The position numbers and the translations under genes were made by a program. Below are positions 28,898 through 38,019 of a stretch of 64,000 bases of DNA, piece after piece. Under the pieces are notes generated by a model. It worked only from the letters and a program-made list of their open reading frames with translations. It had not been told where the DNA came from and did not search any database. Origin of the DNA: Vulcanimicrobiota bacterium. GTDB lineage: Bacteria; Vulcanimicrobiota; Vulcanimicrobiia; Vulcanimicrobiales; Vulcanimicrobiaceae. Each line of letters opens with the position of its first letter. The first letter of the stretch is position 1. The DNA is taken from contig CAWETW010000003.1 of NCBI GenBank assembly GCA_963812155.1, positions 800,001-864,000 on the forward strand, in the 5' to 3' direction.

Positions 28898-29947
28898 TCA
28901 TGCCGAATTGCGATTCCACCGGGCTGTGAGACCGGTTTTTCGTCCCTTTATCTCGTTGACGGCGTTCCGTTTGCGCCGGCGTCGCGTAAATGTCGCATTG
29001 TCGAGGTTCGAGACGTACAGGTTGTCGCTGCCGTCCAGGGCAACGCCATATGGGTCGAGTTTCGTAGCGCCGCCCTTGATCCTTCGAATCGGCCTGACGT
29101 TCCCCGTCGCCCCGGCAGCATAAACCGTGACACTGTAGGCACTACTGCTGTAGTTGTTCACGTAGATATTGAGGCTGGAGTCTAGGGCGACTTGATAGGG
29201 CTCTCCCAACTGGGTGCGGGTGCCGATGATGGTATGCATGGGTGCGACGTTGCCTACGCTACCCGCGGCGTACACGGTTATCGAGCTGTTGTTGAGGTTT
29301 GGAACATAGATGTTTCCGCTCGTGTCGAAAACCAGTCCGGAAGGAACGTCGAGCCCAGTGTTCGAGCCTGCAATGGTCCCGATCGGCGCGGCATCGCCGT
29401 TCGCTCCCGGGGCGTAGATTGTCACGCTGTTGTCGCCTCTGTTCGTGACGTAAAGGTCCCCATTCAATGGGTCCAGGCGACGCCAGCCGGGATGTTCAAT
29501 CCAGTGTCCGGGCCGGTGATCGTCCGCACCGGTGTGGCGGCACCCGTCGCACCCGCCGCAAAGACCGTCACGCTGTTGCCGTTGTAGTTCGATACGTACA
29601 TGTTACCGCTGGCATCTACCGCAACAGCGTCGGGGCCATTGACTCCTGAGCCGGTGACGTGTTGTACCGGTTTCGCGTTCCCGGTAGCGGCCGCCTCATA
29701 GACGGTTATTCCGTCGTTAAAATTGGCGACGTAGGCACGGGCACACCGGACTGTGCCTGCCACTACTGGCTTGCACCTGCGGAGTGATACTCGATTGCGG
29801 CTGACCGGAACAGCCGGCAAAAATAACGACGGCTAAAGCGACAACCGCTGCGCCTATTCGTGAGTGCATACTTCCTCCGTTTAAGCGCAACGACGCCAAG
29901 CCACGTACGGGTCCAGTTGGGACCACACGATACGCGGACTGTTTCAT
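28898..29947 (-). pseudogene. NHL-type repeat beta-propeller lipoprotein, frameshifted
   Basis: Lipobox FAGC; repeats G..TGL..P.G...D.SGNIYV.N....SVTVYAAGA.GN..P..TI across ORFs 29717-29983, 29464-29820 and 28898-29467. Start at 29947 or 29869. Confidence 0.72.
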
Positions 29948-30098
29948 GAGAGCTCCCTTCGGGGCGGAAGACCCGAGACGCACACGGCCCAGTGTCCCCG
30001 CTCACGTATCGATGATGGGCCTACCGAACAGTATCCGGAACGGACACTTGGACAACTGACTTGGACAAGTCGTGCTCTCACCGGCGAGGCGACGGAGG
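29773..30098 (-). repeat. Duplicated promoter/leader/signal-peptide cassette, copy 2
   Basis: See copy 1; offset 1382-1383 nt. Confidence 0.95.
30028..30071 (-). promoter_or_regulatory. Second copy of the putative promoter and tandem operator
   Basis: acttggacaa at 30046-30055 and 30059-30068; same -35/-10 hexamers and 16-nt spacing as copy 1. Confidence 0.5.
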
Positions 30099-30127
30099 TC
30101 GGGCCCCCCCGCCACCTCAGTAAAACG

Positions 30128-30154
30128 AAAAAAAGAGCCCGCCGTGGCGAGCTC
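30128..30154 (-). terminator. Rho-independent terminator
   Basis: Minus strand reads gagctcgccacggcgggctc followed by T7; lies downstream of the 30261-31212 gene. Confidence 0.8.
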
Positions 30155-30260
30155 GTTGCCCGATTCAGAGCAAATGCGCTTACGGGTTGTAGTTCTTGCT
30201 GTCGAAGCCGGTCGCGATAGAGCGGATTCTGGAGCGAGCGTTGGCCTCGCCGGACCAACG

Positions 30261-31212
30261 CTACTGGCTAATGCCGATGCCTATGAGTTCGTAACCCGAC
30301 GGCAGCGTGACAGAGTTGAGGAGCGCGCCGGTGGAGTAGTTGTAGAGATCGATCGTAGGCAAGTTACGGTTTGTCACCACCACCTTTTGTCCCAACACGT
30401 CGTGGAACGGAACCTCCACTGCTCCGGAAGCGAGCCGTGCCAAGGTGTGACCGTTCGGTTTTACCTGCAAGATTTTGGCGGCGCCAACCCGTCGCCGATG
30501 ATCAGGTTGTTATGCCCGTCCGATGGGCGATGCCGCGGGGACGACAATCGTCGCCTGGAGCGTGACCGGCACCATAGGCCCGAGCGGTTCGTGTGGCTGA
30601 TCTCTGCGTAACCCGAAAAGGAACCATCGAGCCAAAAGTTTCCGCTCGGATCGTAACCGCGACCCACATGTTGTCCGCGCCGATCGAACACGTTCGCGGC
30701 AACGAAATTCGGGCTGCCGGCGGTATCGTTAAGGAAGATCGCGACATTGAGGCCGGTCGTCACCGCGAGATTGCCCGTGGTCGGATCGACCGCGCACGAG
30801 CATCGGAGCCGTTGAGCCGAGGCTCAGCGACGTAAACGGAGTTGTAGCGCCGTGATGATAACCGACGACGCTGTTAAAGCCGTCGGCACGCTCAACGGCG
30901 TAGATGTCGCCATTTGCGCCGTCGACGCACAATCCGTACGGTGCGAGGTCTTCAATCACTCCGGCCGGATTCAGTGACGGATAGTGATAGACGAGGATTA
31001 GACCATTGATGTAGTCGGTTACCGGATCCGAGAGCTGCAGAGTGCTGGGTGGTATCCAGACTTTAGCCGTGACGCGGGCTTGACGATCGCCGATGCCGGC
31101 AATTGTCTGACTGAGGGAGCAAGCGGTGACGAGGTATCGCCGTTACACCCCGCCATCGCCAAAGGCGACGCAAGCGTTGCGCAAACGCGCCACGCAGGCG
31201 AGAGGTTCTCAT
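30261..31212 (-). pseudogene. Secreted lipoprotein with beta-propeller-like repeats, multiply frameshifted
   Basis: RBS ggag with ATG 31212, MAGC lipobox, and fragments PYGLCVDGANGDIY, GYDPSGNFWLDG, LYNYSTG...IGIGISQ in different frames. Confidence 0.55.
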
Positions 31213-31351
31213 GTTCGATTCTCCAATCTCTCACTCGTGATGGGTGCACCCTAGACCAGCGGCGAGATTGTCCGGCGCACTCGTTCATAGACTAGCGGCC
31301 TCGCACTCACGCTTCTGGTCCGTCCGGCGACCCAGCTGCCCGAAAGGGAAA

Positions 31352-31888
31352 TCAGTTTTCCGTTTTGGGGTCGCTGCGGGGAAGCGAGAAGTGCAGCAGC
31401 GACGGAATCGGCGCAAGGCCGCGGCTGATGACGGCAAACGGCGTCGTGCGAAGGCCTAGTTTTTCGAGACGGTCGACGGCCTCGAGCATTTGGCGGCCGT
31501 TGGTGACGACGTCCTCGAGCAAAAGCACGTGCTGTCCGGCGGCGTAGGGTCCCTCGACGTACTCGTTGACGTAGGCGCCGTAGCGTTTGGGCTGCTTGCG
31601 CACGGCAATCATTGGGATGCCGGCGAGTTGCGAGACGGCCGTCGCGATGACGACGCCGCCCAGTTCGGTGCCGCCGATGATGTCGGGATTGAGCTCGGCG
31701 ATGACCGGCGTAAAGAGCCGCGCGATGCGCCGCAGCACGTTCGGATCGGCGAAGAGCGAGAACTTATCGATGTAGTAATCGCTGCGCACCCCGCCCGACA
31801 GTACGTAGTCGCCGCGCATCAACGCGCGTTCGACGATGATCTTCCTGAGCCAAACGAGTTCCGGCAGCGGGCGATCCGGCCTCAACAT
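31352..31888 (-). CDS. pyrE: Orotate phosphoribosyltransferase-like protein
   Basis: Motifs GDYVLSGG.RSDYYID, GTELGG, VRK.PK.YG, LLEDVVTNG; ATG 31888. Confidence 0.75.
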   Translation of the reverse strand: MLRPDRPLPELVWLRKIIVERALMRGDYVLSGGVRSDYYIDKFSLFADPNVLRRIARLFTPVIAELNPDIIGGTELGGVVIATAVSQLAGIPMIAVRKQPKRYGAYVNEYVEGPYAAGQHVLLLEDVVTNGRQMLEAVDRLEKLGLRTTPFAVISRGLAPIPSLLHFSLPRSDPKTEN

Positions 31889-31895
31889 GGATTCC

Positions 31896-33542
31896 TTAGA
31901 TGCTCCACTGCCACGCGTTCCACGATTCGAGCACCGGGTTCGGGTCAAAGCCTTTGAAGTCGACGCTGATGGGCTCCATTTGACGCGTCCACCAGAAGAA
32001 GATCTGCGGGTTGTCGCGCGCCAGCAGCTCCTGAATTTTGAAGTACGCTGCGGTGCGTGCGGGCCGGTCGTACTGCGTCAGTGCCGCGTTTTGCGCCGCC
32101 TGCATGTCGGGATTGCAGTATCGTGAGTAGTTGTATCCTCCCGGCGGGACGTTTTGGCACAGATACTGCGAACTGTTGTCGGGATCGATGCCCGCGTACC
32201 ATCCCGCTAGCGACAAGTCGAACTTCCCGAGTTGCAGGATGCCGCCCATGCCCGCCGGCGCGAACAGTTCGTCGCCCGGAAACGCCTTGATTTCGACGTG
32301 GATGCCGGACTGAGCGAGCATCGCCTGCAGCTGTAGGCTGGCCTCTCGGCGCGTCGCGTTGGTCGTGTTCGTGACTAAGAGCAGGTCGAGCGGCTGACCG
32401 TTCTTTTGCATGACGCCGTCGGAGCCGGGAGCCCAGCCGTCGGCGCGCAGCAGTTCGCGGGCTTTCGTCGGATCGTGCGGATACGAGTGCACCGTAGGGT
32501 TGAACGCCCACATCCAGTCGGGAATGTCTTCCGTCGCCTGTTTCATGATGCCGTGCGTCAACGTCGAGACCAACTGCGGTTTGTCGAGCGAATAGGCGAT
32601 CGCCTCGCGCACCGTGCGGTCGCCGAGGAGGGGGCGCGAAAGGTTGAGCTGCACCGACTCGTAGCCGTTGACGTTCACGTAGACGAGATTGACGTCGGGC
32701 GCACCCACAAGCGCCGGGTACGTATTGGCCGACGCTTGAAAGATGTAATCGATCGCGTGCGTCTTGAGTTGATTCACCGATGTGTTCTCGTCGGGCACGA
32801 TTTTGATGACGACGCGATCGAGCAGAGGTTTGCTCAAGAAGAAGCCGTCGTTGCGAGCGACAGTCACGTGATCGCCGCGCGACCACTGCACGAATTTGAA
32901 GGGCCCGTCACTGACGGTCGGCGCGTTATTGAACGGAATCTGATTGAGGTTCGCGTACTTCGCGAGCACGTGCTCGGGCGCGACCGGAAACGGCTGATCG
33001 CTCATCGCGAAGAACGAGTTCACGAAGGGTGCGAACTTGGTTTTGAGATGGACGATCACCGTCGTGTCGTTGGGCGTATCGATCGACTTGATGTAATCGT
33101 AGCCGTGGCGCGAAACGATGTTGTTGTTGGGATTCATGATCGCTTGCCACGACCATTTGACGTCCTTGGAGGTAACGGGAACGCCGTCGGTCCATTTCGC
33201 GTCTTTGCGAAGGCGATACGTGATCGTCAAGCCGTCGCGGGATATTCCGCCGTTTTCGCGCGCCGGCACTTGGGTGGCCAGAACCGGCACCGGGTTGCCC
33301 TTGTCGTCGGCGGCGAGTAGCGGCTCGAACATCAGATAGTCGATGAACCCGTCGGTCGTGTTCGAGTTCAACAGCGGATTGAGATTCTTGACGTCGTTCT
33401 GAATGGCGACGCGCAGCACGCCGGCCTGGGTCCAGGAATGGCGCCCGCCGGCCGTCCCCGTCGAGACCTTGCTGCAGCCGGCGCCTGCGGCCAGCGCGGC
33501 AATCGCCGTAACGGCGGCGAGGCAGCGTGCGAGCGCGCGCAT
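31896..33542 (-). CDS. Peptide ABC transporter substrate-binding lipoprotein (family 5, OppA/DppA-like)
   Basis: Lipobox-like GAGC; motifs LNP, YRLRKDAKWTDGVPVTSKDV, GPFK, VREAIAY, NYSRYCNP. Confidence 0.92.
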   Translation of the reverse strand: MRALARCLAAVTAIAALAAGAGCSKVSTGTAGGRHSWTQAGVLRVAIQNDVKNLNPLLNSNTTDGFIDYLMFEPLLAADDKGNPVPVLATQVPARENGGISRDGLTITYRLRKDAKWTDGVPVTSKDVKWSWQAIMNPNNNIVSRHGYDYIKSIDTPNDTTVIVHLKTKFAPFVNSFFAMSDQPFPVAPEHVLAKYANLNQIPFNNAPTVSDGPFKFVQWSRGDHVTVARNDGFFLSKPLLDRVVIKIVPDENTSVNQLKTHAIDYIFQASANTYPALVGAPDVNLVYVNVNGYESVQLNLSRPLLGDRTVREAIAYSLDKPQLVSTLTHGIMKQATEDIPDWMWAFNPTVHSYPHDPTKARELLRADGWAPGSDGVMQKNGQPLDLLLVTNTTNATRREASLQLQAMLAQSGIHVEIKAFPGDELFAPAGMGGILQLGKFDLSLAGWYAGIDPDNSSQYLCQNVPPGGYNYSRYCNPDMQAAQNAALTQYDRPARTAAYFKIQELLARDNPQIFFWWTRQMEPISVDFKGFDPNPVLESWNAWQWSI

Positions 33543-33548
33543 GACGCG

Positions 33549-35585
33549 CTATACCGCCGCTTTGGGTGCGACGCGATTACCGGGAACCGGATCGTAACGA
33601 TCGTGGCGCCACGAATAGGTTCCAAGTCCCTGCGTGGCCGTGCGCAGCTCGGTGATGTAGCGCGAGAGTTCGACCTGCGGCACGAAGGCTTCGACGATGT
33701 CGAAGCCCGGTCGATCGGCCGGATTCATGCCGAGAATCTGTCCGCGCTTTCCCGTGAGCTGTGCGATCGCCGTCGACGTGTATGCGGTCGGAACTTCGAC
33801 TCGCACGGCGACGATTGGCTCGAGCACGACCGGTTGGCACTTTGGAAGGGCCTCGCGCACACCCATGCCGGCCGCGGTCTTGAACGATTGTTCGCTCGAG
33901 TCCACATCGTGGTATTGACCGTCGAAGAGCGTCACGTGCAGATCGGTAATGGGGTGGCCGTTTGGCCCGTGGGCGAGCGCTTCGCGCACGCCTTTTTCCA
34001 CCGCCGGAATAAATTGCCGGGGTACGACGCCTCCGACGATCTTGTCTTCGAAGGTCACGCCGGCGCCGCGTTCGCGCGGTTCCAAACGCAGCCACACGTC
34101 GCCGAACTGGCCATGGCCGCCGGTTTGGTGTTTATACCGCGAGTGAATTTCGGTGCTCGCCGTAATCGTCTGCAAGTACGGAATCGTCGGCGGCGCGGTT
34201 TCGACTTCGACTTTGTATTTGCGCGAGAGCCGCTCGACCGCGATCGACACGTGCTGTTCGCCGCTTCCGAGCAACAGCAGTTCGTGCGTAACGTCGGCGC
34301 GCTGCAGGCGCAAGGCAGGGTCTTCGTCGACGATCCGTGCGAGCATCTGCGAAATCTTGGCTTCGTCGATTCGCTCCTTCGGTTTGACGGCAACGGCGAA
34401 GACCGGCTCGTCGACCGGAATGCGCGACAGCAGCACCTTGTGTCCGTTCGACGTCAGCGTATCGCCGGTAGCGACCGATTCCAGGCGCGCGAACGCGACG
34501 AGCGAACCGGGCCCCGCTTCCGCGATGGCTTCCTGTTTCTTGCCTTGCAATCGGTAAAGGCCGCCCAGCCGGACGCGTTCACCTTCGCGCGTAGCGTTGC
34601 CGAGCGTTGCGTCGGATTTGACCGTGCCCGAGAGAATACGCGCGATCGAAAGCTTACCGCTTTGCGGATGGATCGTCGTCTTGACGATCTGCGCGATCGC
34701 GGGACCGTTGGGATCGGGCGCGATTTCGCGCCCTTCGGCATCGGTTTTGGGTGCATCGGCCGGCGACGGGAACCACCTCCGCAACGCGCGCACCAATGCC
34801 GCGACGCCGGCCCCGGAGACGCCCGACGCGACCAGCACCGGCACGATCTGATCGTGCGCGCACTCAGTGCACAAATCTCGCTCGACCTCGTCGAGCGGCG
34901 GCTCGACGCCTTCGAGCAACTCCTCCATGAGGTGGTCGTCGAAGTCGGCCATCGCTTCGAGCAGTTCGCCGCGCGCCGTGCGCGCCGCATCCTCGAGTTC
35001 GGAAGGAATCGCATCGGCCGATTCGCCGTCGCCGTCGAAGCGACGGGCTTGCATTTCGGCCAAATCGACGTAGCCGCGGAACTGTTCGGCACTTCCGATC
35101 GGCAACTGTTCGGCGACGACGTGGCGTCCGTAGGCGCTTTGCAAGGCGGCAAGCGTCCCGGCGAAATCGGCCCCCGGCCGATCCATCTTATTGACGACGA
35201 ACAAGTGCGGCATTCGGCCGGCCTCGAGATAGTCGACGACGGCCTGCGTTTGCACGATCCGCCCGGGATCGGCTTCGACCACGATGACGGCGGCGTCGAC
35301 GCCGCAGAGCGCCGCTTTCGTCTCGCCGAAAAAATCGATGAAACCCGGACAGTCAACGATCGTGAAATCGACATCGTCGGAAGATGCGTGCGCGAAACCC
35401 ACGGTCGTCGATTGCACGTGCGCGACGTCTTCGGGCTCGTGATCGGTCACGGTCGTGCCGTCCGCGACCGAGCCGCGCCGTCCGATCGCGCCCATCTGCG
35501 CGAGCACCGCCTCTACCAGCGTGGTCTTGCCCGCGTGATGGGGACCGACGAAGGCAATATTACGTAAGCGGGCGATATCCGCCAT
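33549..35585 (-). CDS. Elongation factor G-like paralog (EF-G II type)
   Basis: Motifs RNIAFVGPHHAGKTT, DCPG, NKMD, KHQTGGHGQFG, H.VDSSE..F, LEPI. Confidence 0.9.
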   Translation of the reverse strand: MADIARLRNIAFVGPHHAGKTTLVEAVLAQMGAIGRRGSVADGTTVTDHEPEDVAHVQSTTVGFAHASSDDVDFTIVDCPGFIDFFGETKAALCGVDAAVIVVEADPGRIVQTQAVVDYLEAGRMPHLFVVNKMDRPGADFAGTLAALQSAYGRHVVAEQLPIGSAEQFRGYVDLAEMQARRFDGDGESADAIPSELEDAARTARGELLEAMADFDDHLMEELLEGVEPPLDEVERDLCTECAHDQIVPVLVASGVSGAGVAALVRALRRWFPSPADAPKTDAEGREIAPDPNGPAIAQIVKTTIHPQSGKLSIARILSGTVKSDATLGNATREGERVRLGGLYRLQGKKQEAIAEAGPGSLVAFARLESVATGDTLTSNGHKVLLSRIPVDEPVFAVAVKPKERIDEAKISQMLARIVDEDPALRLQRADVTHELLLLGSGEQHVSIAVERLSRKYKVEVETAPPTIPYLQTITASTEIHSRYKHQTGGHGQFGDVWLRLEPRERGAGVTFEDKIVGGVVPRQFIPAVEKGVREALAHGPNGHPITDLHVTLFDGQYHDVDSSEQSFKTAAGMGVREALPKCQPVVLEPIVAVRVEVPTAYTSTAIAQLTGKRGQILGMNPADRPGFDIVEAFVPQVELSRYITELRTATQGLGTYSWRHDRYDPVPGNRVAPKAAV

Positions 35586-35629
35586 CTCGTTCTCCTTTGT
35601 GAAAACGGGCGTCGCCTAGGAGCGAGCTC

Positions 35630-37216
35630 CTATCGGCGCTTCGGGGTAGGTTTCTTTCTCGCCGAAGGCTTGCGTGCGGCCTTCACGATTTTTGCGCTCT
35701 TTTTGGGCGCCGGCTTGGCCGGGCGCTTTTTCGCAGCGGGCTTCGCCGGCGCGCGCTTCGGCGCTGCGACTTTTTTCGCGGCCGGCTTTGCACGCGTCTG
35801 TTTCTTAGGTGCCGGCCGGGCGGGCGTTGCTTTCTTGGCTTTCGCGCGGACCGGCGCGGGCGCGGCTTTGACCGGCCGCCGAGGCTTGGCATCGGCCTTC
35901 GCGCTCTTGGGTGCGGGCTTCGCCGGCTTCGCGGGCGCCTTTGCCGGCTTTTTCTTCGCCTCGGCCGGCGCCGCGGCGCGCGCGGCTTTGGCTTTGCTGG
36001 ATGAGGTGGACGATTCCGTCGAACGCCGCGATCCCGTCTTTGCGGGAGCCGCGTCGGCGCGTTTTCCGGATCGCGCCGGTCCGCCGGTGCGTTTTGCGGC
36101 GGCGGCCTCGCGCGCGGCACGCGCGCTTTCACGGCGGGTCGGCGCGGGCTTGTCCGGCTGCTCGGGAAGCCCGAGTTCGGCGCGGCTCAATCCGGTGATG
36201 CTGCTGCCCGGCACGAACGTCTCGCGCGTGCGTTCCTGCGCTTCCAGATGCTCGCGCGTGGCGCGCAGTGCGACCCGCGCCAACCTCCCGCCGACCGGAA
36301 AGACGATTTCGTTGATCTTCGCGTCGTCGAGGAGCTTCAAGATGAGGTCGAACGCGTTGCCTTGATCCTTCGGACTGTGCGCGTCGGAGCCGACCGCGAT
36401 GCCGACGCCGAGCGCCTTGGCTTTGCGCGCCAGCCGGGCGTTCGCGTCGAGGTACTTCTTTTTCGCTTCGGCCGAGTTTTCGCGATAGAGAAAGCGCGTG
36501 TTGATTTCGACGGCGAGACCGCGCGCGTGACAGAGCGCGAGCAGGCGGTCTTCGTGCTCTTCGAGGCGCTTCTGCCCAGGCCAGCGCCCGAGATGGACCG
36601 GCGCGTAGAAGTGGCCGACGATGTGGGCCGGAAGCTTCTCCAAGTCGTCGAGCAACTTGGCCATGTAGAGTTCCCAGAGTTTGTCGGGCTCGATCGTTTC
36701 GTGAAGATGCGCGAACTCGGCGTTGTCGAACGCCCACGCCCAGTCCGCGCCCTTCTCGGGATGATCGATGGTTACGAAGTTCACCGAGCGGATCAGGCCG
36801 TCGGGCCGCATCGCTTCGACGATGTTTTGGGCGTCGGGACGCGCGCGCGGATCGTTGTCGACCTCGGCTCCTATCGAGAAGCGCATGCCGTGGCGCAATG
36901 CTTCGGAGACGGCCGAGGCGTGTGCGCCGTCGACGCCGGCCGTTTCGGCGGCGCCGAACACGTCGCCCGCGTGAGCGAGTTTGAGCGCCCGCCGCAGGGT
37001 GTTGACGGCGCCCGGATCTTCAAACGTGAGATAGTTGATGTGGTCGGCGACCATCAAAAAGCGTGGCGAGCTGCGCCGGCACGCGTGGTAGAACCATAGA
37101 AAAAGCATCCGCGCAGAATACGCGAGCGGACGTTCCTCGGCAAACGGCCGGTGCTCCCCTTTCGCGTGGCCGTGAACGTCGGGGATGGCCGAAACGCGCG
37201 GGTCGCTCAGGGACAC
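35630..37216 (-). CDS. PHP-domain (histidinol-phosphatase/PolX-PHP-like) protein with a long Lys/Ala/Pro-rich C-terminal tail
   Basis: Motifs DVHGH, ADH, GAEVD, GHF, EIN, GSDAH. The last ~170 aa are low-complexity PAKK/AKPA repeats. Confidence 0.8.
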   Translation of the reverse strand: MSLSDPRVSAIPDVHGHAKGEHRPFAEERPLAYSARMLFLWFYHACRRSSPRFLMVADHINYLTFEDPGAVNTLRRALKLAHAGDVFGAAETAGVDGAHASAVSEALRHGMRFSIGAEVDNDPRARPDAQNIVEAMRPDGLIRSVNFVTIDHPEKGADWAWAFDNAEFAHLHETIEPDKLWELYMAKLLDDLEKLPAHIVGHFYAPVHLGRWPGQKRLEEHEDRLLALCHARGLAVEINTRFLYRENSAEAKKKYLDANARLARKAKALGVGIAVGSDAHSPKDQGNAFDLILKLLDDAKINEIVFPVGGRLARVALRATREHLEAQERTRETFVPGSSITGLSRAELGLPEQPDKPAPTRRESARAAREAAAAKRTGGPARSGKRADAAPAKTGSRRSTESSTSSSKAKAARAAAPAEAKKKPAKAPAKPAKPAPKSAKADAKPRRPVKAAPAPVRAKAKKATPARPAPKKQTRAKPAAKKVAAPKRAPAKPAAKKRPAKPAPKKSAKIVKAARKPSARKKPTPKRR

Positions 37217-37286
37217 CCGCCTTTGTACGTCGCGCAGGAATGCATGAGGATCGCCACGCCGCTAAGGTTGGCGCATCCGGGGGACG

Positions 37287-38019
37287 TTACCCTCTGTAGC
37301 CTTCCATTTTGAGTAAGCGCGCCTTCATGTCGAGACCGTAGAAGTAGTTGTGCAGCGCGCCGCTCGAGTCGACGACGCGATGGCACGGAAAGAGCAGCGG
37401 AAGCGGATTGCGCGCCATGACCCTTCCGACGGCGCGGGCGGCGCGTGGATGCCCGATCTGCGCGGCCACCCAGGCGTAGGAACGCACCTCGCCCGGCGGA
37501 ATCTGCGCGGTCGCGCGCAAGGCGGCTTGCTCGAACGGCGTGAGATCGCTGATGTCGACCATCGCGTCCTCGACGGTCCACGTGCGGAAGAACCGCTCGA
37601 GCGTGTCTCGCAGCCAAGCGGGTGTTTCGCCGCCGGACGACCGGACGCCGCAAGCGCCGCTCGACCCGCTCGCGCACCGTTTCGAGCGACTCGCCCGTAT
37701 CGATGCCGATATATGCGATCCGGTGTTCTTTGAATCCGACGTAGACCCGGCCGATCGGCGTTTCCGCGGCGCATAAGAGGACGGGCGTCCGCTGGCGCAT
37801 GCGCAGGGATGCGAGATGCTCGACGACCTTCTTGGCGAGATCGCACGACGGCTCCGGACGCGGCAACGAGGAGAGGCAGTACGCGACGCCTTCGAACTCG
37901 TGATAGAGTCCTTGACAGGACGGACACGCGCGCAAATGGGTGTGCACGGTTTCTTTGAGCGACGCCGTCGTGGCGTCACGAATTTCGTCCCACATGGCTT
38001 CGACGTCACGACAGCGCAT
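37287..38019 (-). CDS. Zinc-finger anti-sigma (ZAS, zf-HC2-like) domain fused to O6-methylguanine-DNA methyltransferase; one extra base near 37634
   Basis: N-terminal C...HLRACPSC (HxxxCxxC); Ogt N-domain ETPIGRVYVG; C-domain TPFEQ..L..IP.GEV.SY..VA..IG.P.AARAVG..MARNP....PCHRV. Span is 733 nt = 244 codons + 1. Confidence 0.85.

Noticed and set aside
37625..37640. Programmed frameshift producing ZAS-only versus ZAS-Ogt products
   Set aside because: There is no slippery heptamer, the break falls inside the Ogt fold, and the window has other isolated indels. A sequence error is more parsimonious, pending read check.
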